Shown here: positions 44,729 through 52,575 of the stretch, piece after piece | How the letters are laid out: each line of letters begins with the position of its first letter | How positions within the stretch are numbered: the stretch's first letter is position 1 | NCBI GenBank assembly: GCA_043820695.1 | Contig: JBDRDQ010000098.1 | Coordinates: forward strand, 1-52,575 | Reading direction: 5' to 3' | Length of the DNA stretch: 52,575 nt | Source: Gemmatimonadota bacterium | GTDB taxonomy: Bacteria > Gemmatimonadota > Gemmatimonadetes > Longimicrobiales > Gaopeijiaceae | Program-made: the position numbers and the translations under genes | The notes under the pieces: model-generated | Database searches by the model: none | Told to the model about the DNA's origin: nothing | The model's input: the letters and a program-made list of their open reading frames with translations, nothing else

Positions 44729-46539
44729 AGGGACCGGCCCGCGTCCGCCAGGGTGTCCCGAAGTGCGCGGAGGCCCTGGCGGACCTCCAGAATCTCTTCC
44801 CCGTACGGTTCCGGTGAGGTCCGGGAGCTCACCGGGCGTGCCTCTATTGCCCGATCTTCGGTCAACGCTGCTTCCGCATCGAAAATGAGCTTGTTCAGGT
44901 CGTGGAGTTCGGCGTAGGCCAGAGCCTCCCCGAGCCATTTCCTGGACTCCTCCCACCATCCAAGGGCACGACTCGACAAGCCCCGATAGTAAAGAACCTG
45001 GCCTCGGTAGACGGGGGAGAGGGCCTCCCAGCCCTCCTCATCCATCCTCTCCCGAATCCGGTGATAGCCAGGAGCATCCCCCTGGAGTGCCGAGATGAAT
45101 GCCAGGGCGTCCATGGCAAGGAGTCGGTGTTCGAAAGTGGTGATCTGTTCGGCAACCACGGTATAAGCGTCCTTGGCCGCCGATAGTTCGCCGTTCTCCC
45201 TGAGGACTCCAGCCAGGTCGAAGAGGGCCCCCAGACTGCCGACCCTGGAGTCATAACTCTGGACGGCCATCCATCCATGCCGGATCGCTCCCACCAGATC
45301 GTCCCCCAGCTTCCCGACGGTCATGAGGTCATGGTAGGCTATGGCCAGGGTGTACCGATCTCCCGTCTCCTTCCCGATCTCCAGAACCTCCAGGAGGAGC
45401 TCCCGGGCACGGGGGAGGTTCCCCCGGTCCCTGTGGGCATTAGCCAGCCCGTCCAGCACAGCCGCCAGCTTCCTCGGGTTTCCGACCTCCTCCGCGATCC
45501 CCCTGGCTATGTCATACCAGGCCAACGCTCGAGCCCACTCCGCCCGGACCCGAAAGATCTTTCCCTGGAACCGGGCTGCGTCCGTAGCGGTATCGGCCGA
45601 CCCCATGGCTTTTGCCAACTCATAGGCCAGCCCGAGGATCTCCAGGGCGCCGTTTAGATGACCTTGCCCCTCCACCTCCCGCCCCCACTCCAACAGGGAG
45701 GCCATCAACTGCCCATGGTCGGAGGCAGACACGGCCCGAAGGACCTGGTCCCAAACCCGCGCCTCAGCCTCCTCCCAGCCGTGAGCGTTCAACTCCTCTC
45801 GGACCCCCCTGACCTGATGCTGGACCGACTCAGGATCCATCACCAGGTCATCCTCCACCAGGCCACGTACGATCCGGGCAACCAGGAACCGGTTCCCGAT
45901 CCTCCTGCTCACCTCGTCGTCCCTTCTGCAACCCTCGAGGTCCTTCAGAACAGGCCATCCCGAGAAGGATCCGAGCTCGTCCTGAGCCCCGGCTCCAGCT
46001 AGGCCATCCGATCCCAAAGTCGCACGCCGTGCATCCAGATCCCGATGCAGGACCACGGAGGCGACCTCCCCCGCTACGAACATCAGCTCTCCCACAACCT
46101 TCTTGCTCAGAGCCCGGCGGGGGGTCAGGGAGTCCACGACAAGGAACCATGAACGGGGACCGTCACTCCCCAGAGCCACGGCGCAGGCGCTGGCGATCCC
46201 CCCACCCATTCTCTCCCATCGACCCTCGGTCTGCGGAAGGTCCAATAGGCCCGGAACCCCCGAGTCCCAGGCAGTACGAAGGGGAACCGGCGAAAAGAAA
46301 CGCCTTGGACGATCGGCGGCGAGGTCCAGCAGAATGTGGGGATGGGCCAAACCCGGCCCATACTCATCAAGCCATACCACGGCCCCCCGATCGGCCCCCG
46401 CCAGGCTGACGGCATGCCACAGATCCCGGAGGATCTTCGCCCGGCCAGTATCGTGGCCCGAGAGCGCCAGAGCACGCCTGAACCGGCCGTTTCTTCGCCT
46501 TCGATAGGATTCCAGGTGGACGATGTCGAATTGGCTCAT
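44725..46539 (-). CDS. Hypothetical 604-aa protein: GAF-like N-terminal domain (tentative) plus C-terminal TPR-type helical repeats
   Basis: N-terminus ILRDLWHAVSLAGADRGAVVWLDEY...SWFLVVDSL...ELMFVAGEVASVVL fits a GAF-like pattern. The C-terminal 330 aa are repeated A/L/Y/G-rich helix pairs (ALAWYDIARGIAEEVGN, LANAHRDRGNLPRARELLLEVLEI, YTLAIAYHDLMTV...). Confidence 0.65.
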   Translation of the reverse strand: MSQFDIVHLESYRRRRNGRFRRALALSGHDTGRAKILRDLWHAVSLAGADRGAVVWLDEYGPGLAHPHILLDLAADRPRRFFSPVPLRTAWDSGVPGLLDLPQTEGRWERMGGGIASACAVALGSDGPRSWFLVVDSLTPRRALSKKVVGELMFVAGEVASVVLHRDLDARRATLGSDGLAGAGAQDELGSFSGWPVLKDLEGCRRDDEVSRRIGNRFLVARIVRGLVEDDLVMDPESVQHQVRGVREELNAHGWEEAEARVWDQVLRAVSASDHGQLMASLLEWGREVEGQGHLNGALEILGLAYELAKAMGSADTATDAARFQGKIFRVRAEWARALAWYDIARGIAEEVGNPRKLAAVLDGLANAHRDRGNLPRARELLLEVLEIGKETGDRYTLAIAYHDLMTVGKLGDDLVGAIRHGWMAVQSYDSRVGSLGALFDLAGVLRENGELSAAKDAYTVVAEQITTFEHRLLAMDALAFISALQGDAPGYHRIRERMDEEGWEALSPVYRGQVLYYRGLSSRALGWWEESRKWLGEALAYAELHDLNKLIFDAEAALTEDRAIEARPVSSRTSPEPYGEEILEVRQGLRALRDTLADAGRSL

Positions 46540-46591
46540 AGATTCCAGGTGTGATCACCAGGAAGAGGGGGGTTTATGGAAGTTATGGCGA

Positions 46592-47530
46592 GTGTCTGAG
46601 AAATTCAACGGTGGTAGGTTCGCCCCGGCGACCCCCCCCCTTGCACAAGCCTCCGCAGATCTGGGCCTTCTTCTCATGGCCCTCATTTGGGGAGTCAACT
46701 TCCCTCTCATCAAGGCCTCCCTGGAACAACTTCCTCCCTTGGCATTCAACGCCCTTCGTTTTCCCCTGGCTGCCATCACCGTCTTCCTCATCCTGAAAAC
46801 GAAGGGAGGGATCTCTTGGCCGGAGAGGGCGGATTTGCCTCGTCTGATCGCCCTCGGCCTGGTGGGGAATGTGGTGTACCAGGCTTTTTTTATTTTCGGG
46901 ATGGACGCCACCCATGCCGGCAACGCCAGCATTCTCCTGGCCACCACCCCGGTTTGGACCCTGGCCCTCTCAACGTTTCGGGGGCATGAGAAACCCGGAC
47001 TCCTGGTGTGGTTGGGAATCCTATTGACCCTCTCGGGCATGTCCGTCGTGGTCTTCGGCGGAGAGATGGCAGTCGGAGTTCAGAGTTCCACCTTCAAGGG
47101 GGACATCCTCATGGTCGGTGCCGCTGTCACCTGGTCCGTATACAGCGTCGGATCCAGGGGAATGATCCAGAAATACGGATCCCTTCCGGTCACCGCCTGG
47201 ACCCTTTGGGTCGGCGCTTTCGGCTTGGTGATCCTGGGTCTCCCCTCCCTCGTACGCGCCCCCCTTGACCAAGCCTCTCCCCTTGCCTGGTTCGGAGTGG
47301 CCTACGCCGGGATCCTGGCCATAGGCCTGGCATACGTCCTCTGGTACAGAGGGGTGCAACGGATCGGGAACTCCCGGACGGCCGCCTATTCCAACCTCAC
47401 CCCCCTGGTGGCGTTGGCTGTCGCCTGGGCCTGGCTGGGGGAGATACCACGACCCCTTCAAATTGCGGGAGCAGCGGTGGTTCTGGGGGGCCTATCCTTG
47501 GCCCGGTTGGGGAGGGAGCGAGAAGGCTGA
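46592..47530 (+). CDS. EamA/DMT-superfamily transporter
   Basis: Ten hydrophobic segments and two EamA halves (LMALIWGVNFPLIKASL..., AAVTWSVYSV...). GTG at 46592 follows GGAAG and is preferred over ATG 46523, which would overlap the divergent TPR gene start. Confidence 0.8.
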   Translation: MSEKFNGGRFAPATPPLAQASADLGLLLMALIWGVNFPLIKASLEQLPPLAFNALRFPLAAITVFLILKTKGGISWPERADLPRLIALGLVGNVVYQAFFIFGMDATHAGNASILLATTPVWTLALSTFRGHEKPGLLVWLGILLTLSGMSVVVFGGEMAVGVQSSTFKGDILMVGAAVTWSVYSVGSRGMIQKYGSLPVTAWTLWVGAFGLVILGLPSLVRAPLDQASPLAWFGVAYAGILAIGLAYVLWYRGVQRIGNSRTAAYSNLTPLVALAVAWAWLGEIPRPLQIAGAAVVLGGLSLARLGREREG

Positions 47531-47541
47531 ACCGATGGCAA

Positions 47542-48315
47542 TCAGTCCGGAGTCCCCGGGCCCAGCTCGGGCCTGTGCAGAACCTCGGGAAATTCGTAGT
47601 AGAGAATGCCGTCCTTCGAGATCTCGGACCGGACCCGAAAGCCGTCGTCCATGGCGACCAGCACCTTTTCCGCCGCCGGCAAGGACAGGCTCATTTCGGA
47701 GGCGACTTCGGTTACGGTGAGGGTGCCTCCCCGTTGGGTCGCCAGCCGCAGGACTTTCTGTTGAAGACGCTGCATGAGGGCTTTCCGCCGCTCATTGAGG
47801 CCTGTCAGGCCCCACCAGAAGGCCCCGGTACCCGTGGCGCCGATGACGCTTCCAACAGCAACGGCCACGGCTTCGGCCTCCGCGATCCCAACCACGACCA
47901 TGATGGTGGCGATAATCACCAACCCGACCCCGAAAATCCGCCTCAGGAGCCCGCCCCGCGGAAGAGGCGGCAGCTTCTCCGTGGTCATTAGAGCCGGTAC
48001 TTTCCCCGCATAAACCGGGGGGAGCGCTTGGGGATACATGTGCCAGGCCAGGCCGCAGCTGGGACAAATCACCCGGTTTCGGCGGAACAACCAGTACCCG
48101 AGGCCACCCAGGCCATAGGTGAAGAGACTCACACCAATGAGGAGGGCGACGTGGGAAGACCGCTTGAAGTAGGGGATTCCGTCTCCCTGATACCCGCATC
48201 GGGGGCAACGGCGCAAGCTGGAAAAAGGGGTCAATCCGGCCGAGGCGGCCGCACCACAGGTGGGGCACCGAGTGGTACCGGACTCAAGGGTTTCGCCGCA
48301 GGTTGAGCAACGCAT
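47542..48315 (-). CDS. Hypothetical membrane protein: N-terminal zinc ribbons, TM segments, C-terminal winged-helix-like domain
   Basis: CSTCG...CPTCG, then CPRCG and CPSCG flanking a hydrophobic segment, then two more TM segments. The C-terminus reads GGTLTVTEVASEMSLSLPAAEKVLVAMDDGFRVRSEISKDGILYYEF. Confidence 0.55.
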   Translation of the reverse strand: MRCSTCGETLESGTTRCPTCGAAASAGLTPFSSLRRCPRCGYQGDGIPYFKRSSHVALLIGVSLFTYGLGGLGYWLFRRNRVICPSCGLAWHMYPQALPPVYAGKVPALMTTEKLPPLPRGGLLRRIFGVGLVIIATIMVVVGIAEAEAVAVAVGSVIGATGTGAFWWGLTGLNERRKALMQRLQQKVLRLATQRGGTLTVTEVASEMSLSLPAAEKVLVAMDDGFRVRSEISKDGILYYEFPEVLHRPELGPGTPD

Positions 48316-48391
48316 GTTGGTCGGCTCGCCGGTGGAAGTGCGCCTGCCTCAGGAATTCCCTACGAGATCTCCCTTCGGAAGATTCAAGCCA

Positions 48392-50695
48392 TCATTGAAG
48401 GCGGACCACAAGGACACGCAGCCCCATGCCAGCCTCAGGCAACCCGCCCATCTGCCCGCTGGCACTCAGGGTCACTCCGCCGCCGGCAGGTGGACTAATG
48501 ATGAAATAGTTCGGGGCGGATGACCAGAGGGTTCCCGAAAAGAGGGCTGATCGCTCCCCGAAGGCCAAAGGCCTAAGGGGGTACGTTCCATCCGATTCAG
48601 CGAGTACCTCCCGGAGGTTCACCCCGGCGACCCCGAGTTCCGGCCGAACCGGAACACCGGTCCCATCCAGGAAGAGGGCTCCGGCCCAATCGGCTGCCAA
48701 CTGCTCCCACCCCTCCCCCACGGCCTTCGTAAGGTTTTCCGTACCCGTCCAGTTCGAAGAGGCGAGGGTGGCCAGCAGGCCCTCCGGGCCGGGCCGGCCG
48801 AAGAGCTGCTTCAGAAGCAGCCAGCCCGCGCCCCGTTCCGCCAGCGTTCCGGGAGGCAGGGAGGCCAGGACACTCACCTGGCTCGGGCCTTCGAGGAAGC
48901 GCCGGGCTCGGATCCAGTTCCCCACACGGTACTGATATGCCTTGGAGGGCAGGAGGGCTCTCTCGAAGACCTCTCCGACCAGGTCTTCAGCCATTTGGGC
49001 CAGGGCCTCGGACAGCCAGAGTGCCTCCTGGGTCTCAGCACCCTTCAACAACATCCGTTGGTTGAAGTGGATCATGTGCTCGAATTCGTGCGCCAGGACC
49101 GCCGGAATGGTCGTAAGGGCCGTATAGCTGCCGATGGCGGGACCTTCCTGCCCCGCAGGGTCGGGAACCATGGCGTAGAAGATCTCACCTTCGTTGCTCC
49201 CGGCCCTCCCCTCCATCAGGTCCAGCCCAAAGAAAAAACCACCCACGAACCCGTCGGAGCCTGGGGGGGTGAGGCGGTTCACCGCTGCGGTGAAAAGGAT
49301 GATGATCCGGTCGTTGTCGTCCAGATCCGATTCGGGGCCGAACGCGCCTTTGATGGTGGGGTAGACCGGGTCCTCGAATTCTCGGGCAAAAGCGGAAAGA
49401 TCCCGGTCGGTAAACCCCCCGCTGGGGACCTTCTCGTCAACGTAGATCAGAGAGTGGTCCGAGACGTACCGAACCCTGGCAGTAACTCGATCGAACTTCT
49501 TATCGGCGTTCAAGACCTTGAAGGCTCTTTTCTCCCCCAGTTCAGGGAGGGAGGAGCCCCCTGCCGGCTGACTGGTCTTCAGGAGATGGGTGGGGGATGA
49601 TAGGGGCGCCCCGCCAACCAGCAACTCCGCCTCCAAGCTCCTGAGTCCCTCATCCCACCGGTCCTGGGCCTCCAGGATTCCCTCCATGGTGAAGCCAGGG
49701 CTCAGGTACGGGGCCAGGGCCCCCGGGACCCCCCATTCCCTCGCCGGGACGGGTGCCGGAACGGAGGGAGACGGGAAAAGCCCATCCGCCGTCAGGCCAA
49801 CTAGAGCAAAACCATGTGCGGCGCCCCCGATGGTACTCGTGGAATGGGGCACGATCAGATAGAGGCTTCCGGGAGCCGAGGGAAAGTGGAAACAGTTGAA
49901 GCCCCGGGAGGCGTCCAGGACAAGGTCCTCACCGCGGTCCAGGAGTAGGCTCGATCCCCCGCCGGCCACCTCAAGATTCGCGGGGTTCGTGGAGAGGGCT
50001 CCGATCCGGACACGAAGCTGGTACTCGCGGGCCAACAGACAGCCAGGGACCTCCGCCCGAAGTTCCGTGGGGGAAGAGGATATCACTCGCGCCCGGACCC
50101 CGGAGAAAGTCACCACATTTTGATCCGGCACCAGACTGAAGTTGGAGCCCTGGAGGAGAATCGTATCGCCGGCCTGGATCGGTTGGGCCGGGACATGGTC
50201 CAGCCCTGGAACCAGGATAGCCTCAGCCGAAAAATCCACGGGGGGAGATTCCATCCCCCGAACCGAAGCTTGAACCCGGTAGGCGCCCAGTGCAGGACCC
50301 AAAGTGAGCTGCGCTACCGCGAAACCGAGAGAATCGGTGTCAGAAACCGGGGAATCCATAGTCGCCCCGACACCCTCGAAGATCTCCCACCGGACCTTGG
50401 CCCCCTCAACCGCCGCCCCATTCCCCCTCGTCTGAACTCGGACTTTGAAAGGAATGGGAAGCAGGTCCCCAGGCTGGGAGGCTTGCCCGTCCCCTTGCAC
50501 CACCAGGATCTCCAGGTTGGACGTATCGAGGCCGGTGGGGCCTCCATCTCCGCAGGAGGGCACAAGAAGGAGGGAGACAAGAGCCAAAAGCCCCAAACGG
50601 GGGAAAAGGACCCTGCCCCCCGGCTGGCGAGAATGAACCAGCACCCAGGGGCGGGAAGAGCGGAGGGATGGACTATCGACCGAAGGTTCGCCCAC
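48392..50695 (-). CDS. Lipoprotein with Ig-like (Big/IPT-type) domains and an HExxH zinc-metalloprotease domain
   Basis: Lipobox LLLVPSCG. Ig-like segments ILVVQGDGQASQPGDLLPIPFKVRV and VVTFSGVRARVISSSPTELRAEVPG. Metalloprotease motif AVLAHEFEHMIHFNQ. The GTG start overlaps the upstream stop by 1 nt. Confidence 0.7.
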   Translation of the reverse strand: MGEPSVDSPSLRSSRPWVLVHSRQPGGRVLFPRLGLLALVSLLLVPSCGDGGPTGLDTSNLEILVVQGDGQASQPGDLLPIPFKVRVQTRGNGAAVEGAKVRWEIFEGVGATMDSPVSDTDSLGFAVAQLTLGPALGAYRVQASVRGMESPPVDFSAEAILVPGLDHVPAQPIQAGDTILLQGSNFSLVPDQNVVTFSGVRARVISSSPTELRAEVPGCLLAREYQLRVRIGALSTNPANLEVAGGGSSLLLDRGEDLVLDASRGFNCFHFPSAPGSLYLIVPHSTSTIGGAAHGFALVGLTADGLFPSPSVPAPVPAREWGVPGALAPYLSPGFTMEGILEAQDRWDEGLRSLEAELLVGGAPLSSPTHLLKTSQPAGGSSLPELGEKRAFKVLNADKKFDRVTARVRYVSDHSLIYVDEKVPSGGFTDRDLSAFAREFEDPVYPTIKGAFGPESDLDDNDRIIILFTAAVNRLTPPGSDGFVGGFFFGLDLMEGRAGSNEGEIFYAMVPDPAGQEGPAIGSYTALTTIPAVLAHEFEHMIHFNQRMLLKGAETQEALWLSEALAQMAEDLVGEVFERALLPSKAYQYRVGNWIRARRFLEGPSQVSVLASLPPGTLAERGAGWLLLKQLFGRPGPEGLLATLASSNWTGTENLTKAVGEGWEQLAADWAGALFLDGTGVPVRPELGVAGVNLREVLAESDGTYPLRPLAFGERSALFSGTLWSSAPNYFIISPPAGGGVTLSASGQMGGLPEAGMGLRVLVVRLQ

Positions 50696-51726
50696 TAGCG
50701 CCTTGAGATTCGGGTGAGCTCCAGGAGGTCCAGGATGGGATTCCCGGTGAGGGCCGCTGCCCCGGCGCGTATCCGGCCCACCACTCGAATCCGCTCCAAG
50801 GGAATTAGACCCTCGACTTCGGCAAGACGTTCCGGAGGGATGGCCACGTATACGAAGGCCCGTCCGGAAAACGTGGACCGGGTGAGAAGGAAGGGCTCCC
50901 CCTCATAAAAGTCCGTCCGGACCCGCTCGGCCTCCTCCAGGGAGATGAATTGAAGCTCCCAGTCTACGACCTGACCCTTATGAGTCTCCGGATCCTGCGT
51001 CACCTCTTCCGGCGTTGCATCCGAGAAGATGCCGGGGGTGACCGAGTCGGTTTGCTCCCCGAGGGGGGCCCAACTCCACCCCTCCAGTCGCACTCGAACC
51101 CAATTCCCCTGCCGAGCCAGGAGCTGGAGCTCGGCCCCGGGGCGGGCCAGGGCCAGGGTATCTCCGTCGGGTCCGGTAAGGACCGGGGCGCCGCCGGGTC
51201 CACTCCTCCACCAGCCCTCCCCGCTCCCGGCGCCTCTCGGACCAGGCGCCGTGGAGGTCGAAGTCGGATTCCCGGCCTCAACCAGCTCCATGGACGGCGC
51301 CCACACCCACGCCACTCGCCTGACCCTGGTCCAGCCAGGTCTGTCGTCCAACCTCTCGAGGAGTGCACCCTCCGCCAGTCGCGCCAGTACCGCCCCTGAC
51401 GGCTCGGCCCGAAGGTTCTCATTGGGTGCGACAGAAACGGCGAGGTCGAAACCCTGCCGGTCGCTCACCCGAACGGACCGGGTCCAGATCCAGCCCTGCA
51501 GGTCGACCTGCGCCCACTGGCCCTGGACGGCGAGGACCGGGAAGGTGGAACCCACAAGCAGACGGCCGAGAAGAACTCCCTGCGGCTCAGCCCTCAGGTT
51601 CTCCTCCACCCGCACGGTGCCTCGATTCTGACCCAGGGCCCCTTCAACGGCAATCGCCGAAAAGAGCAGGGTCAACCAGATCGGGGCGGTTTGAATCCCG
51701 ATGCCGAAGGTGCGCTTGAGCTTCAT
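50695..51726 (-). CDS. Secreted protein with three SH3b-like repeats and an uncharacterised C-terminal domain
   Basis: ATG at 51726 gives MKLKRTFGIGIQTAPIWLTLLFSAIAVEGALG. The repeats are NLRAEPQGVLLGRLLVGSTFPVLAVQGQWAQVDLQGWIW, NLRAEPSGAVLARLAEGALLERLDDRPGWTRVRRVAWVW and LALARPGAELQLLARQGNWVRVRLEGWSW. Confidence 0.6.
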   Translation of the reverse strand: MKLKRTFGIGIQTAPIWLTLLFSAIAVEGALGQNRGTVRVEENLRAEPQGVLLGRLLVGSTFPVLAVQGQWAQVDLQGWIWTRSVRVSDRQGFDLAVSVAPNENLRAEPSGAVLARLAEGALLERLDDRPGWTRVRRVAWVWAPSMELVEAGNPTSTSTAPGPRGAGSGEGWWRSGPGGAPVLTGPDGDTLALARPGAELQLLARQGNWVRVRLEGWSWAPLGEQTDSVTPGIFSDATPEEVTQDPETHKGQVVDWELQFISLEEAERVRTDFYEGEPFLLTRSTFSGRAFVYVAIPPERLAEVEGLIPLERIRVVGRIRAGAAALTGNPILDLLELTRISRR

Positions 51727-51924
51727 GGCTGAAACGAAGAGGGTCGAAGAAGTGTTTAACAAGAGACTCGCCCCTCAGGGGGCTCAGGTTGAATCTGCCC
51801 AGGGCGCCCGGGATCGTCAAATGCGGAGATTCCCGTTGCATGGGGTCATCCCAGGCCGATAGCTTTCCGGATTCTGACGTTTTCCTCCAACCGGAAGCCA
51901 AAAGGCACCGGAATTGAAATCATT

Positions 51925-52575
51925 ATGGCGCGAATCTCCTTTTTTTCGTGGGCACTCGCCGGGCTACTGGCCGGCCTGATGCCTCACCATGCGGAAGGTC
52001 AATCCGTTCCGTCCCCTTACCAGTTCTTCGAAAACAGACAGGAAGCCGGGGTCTTCATTGGGGCCTCCGGTCAGGGGACGGGGCTCTTCGGCTATGGCCC
52101 TAGCTCGGGGCTTTTGTTTGGAGCCCGGTATGGCATTCAGCTAGGTGGCCCCTTTGGCCTGGAAGGGGTTTTCACCTACCAACCCACGACCCGTGACGTG
52201 GTGGATCCCACCCGGGTGGAAGGCACGATGGTGGTTGGGGAGGCGGACGCGGAGATGCTGACCTTCGATGCCCGGCTCCGCTTCAGTCTTACAGGAGACC
52301 GGAGCTGGCGGCGTTTGAATCCCTTTCTCTTCATTGGAGGGGGAATGGCCTGGGACGCCGCCGGGGAGGGGGAAGCCGATGCCCTCGTCCTCGCCGGGGA
52401 TCGGTTCGAGTTCGGCGCCAAATTCGTTGCCCTCCTGGGCGGCGGCGTACGCTGGATACTGACGGACCGCGTCCTGATCCGAGCCGACCTGGCCCTGACC
52501 ATGAACCGGCTGAAGACCCCGGAAGGTTTCCTGGACCCAACCCCGGGGCCCACGGGAATCGGGGAAAAGGAGTGG
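51925..52575 (+). CDS. Outer-membrane beta-barrel protein (OmpA-beta/OmpW-like), 3-prime truncated by the window edge (not in the ORF track)
   Basis: My own translation from ATG 51925 is open to the window end (217 codons). It begins MARISFFSWALAGLLAGLMPHHAEGQ (signal peptide). Alternating amphipathic strands follow (GVFIGASG, LLFGARYGIQL, LEGVFTYQP, FDARLRFSL, LFIGGGMAWD, FVALLGGGVRWIL, IRADLALTM). Confidence 0.6.
   Translation, partial: MARISFFSWALAGLLAGLMPHHAEGQSVPSPYQFFENRQEAGVFIGASGQGTGLFGYGPSSGLLFGARYGIQLGGPFGLEGVFTYQPTTRDVVDPTRVEGTMVVGEADAEMLTFDARLRFSLTGDRSWRRLNPFLFIGGGMAWDAAGEGEADALVLAGDRFEFGAKFVALLGGGVRWILTDRVLIRADLALTMNRLKTPEGFLDPTPGPTGIGEKEW

Noticed and set aside
1-52575. Visual scan for rRNA, tRNA, CRISPR arrays, IS elements, integrases and prophage genes
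   Set aside because: None were recognised. The intergenic regions are short (mostly under 270 nt), show no cloverleaf-like or spaced-repeat structure, and no transposase or integrase motifs appear in any long ORF. A tRNAscan, Infernal and ISfinder run would be needed to be definitive.

Overview
This is a 52.6-kb, visibly GC-rich (by eye over 60%), gene-dense stretch of bacterial chromosome. The organism is diderm: the window carries surA, ftsEX-envC, lipobox lipoproteins and an outer-membrane beta-barrel protein. Some protein sequences suggest a Gemmatimonadota/FCB-type lineage, but I cannot verify that here. I call about 47 protein-coding genes, most of them core housekeeping. They are purD (5-prime truncated), mutM, an M16 peptidase pair, ubiE, mrp/apbC, pruA, lepA, mfd, two parvulin/SurA chaperones, pdxA, ftsE-ftsX-envC-holB-moaC, an MltD-like transglycosylase, guaB, a P1B metal ATPase, a Fur-family regulator and dacB (PBP4). 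Many adjacent genes are translationally coupled through ATGA/GTGA overlaps. By eye I found no rRNA, tRNA, CRISPR array, transposase, integrase or phage genes. Long ORFs antisense to the real genes are common and are typical high-GC shadow ORFs. Six places stand out. (1) Locus 43.3-46.5 kb holds a 43-aa lipobox peptide that is absent from the ORF track. It has a strong RBS and a perfect 21-nt tandem duplication (HTIGSGN x2). It lies between a GAF-like/TPR protein and a receiver-like AraC regulator followed by an 86-aa ORF. (2) A STAS-GHKL kinase and a DUF4325/STAS-like protein form a pair with no cognate sigma factor. The pair sits at the end of a co-directional lepA-GT2-ROK-PfkB array. (3) An ECF sigma module has an anti-sigma factor with an internally duplicated zinc-binding (ZAS) motif. 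It is followed by an 859-aa ORF that looks like two complete proteins fused in frame. (4) An SH3b / HExxH lipoprotein protease / triple zinc-ribbon membrane protein cluster lies at 47.5-51.7 kb. (5) A DUF4384 protein with a long Pro/Gly/Thr/Arg tail sits next to a 335-nt intergenic region containing a 23-bp tandem repeat. (6) A metal-homeostasis islet carries AT-rich palindromes in its promoter regions. All family assignments come from motif recognition by reading the translations; I ran no database search.
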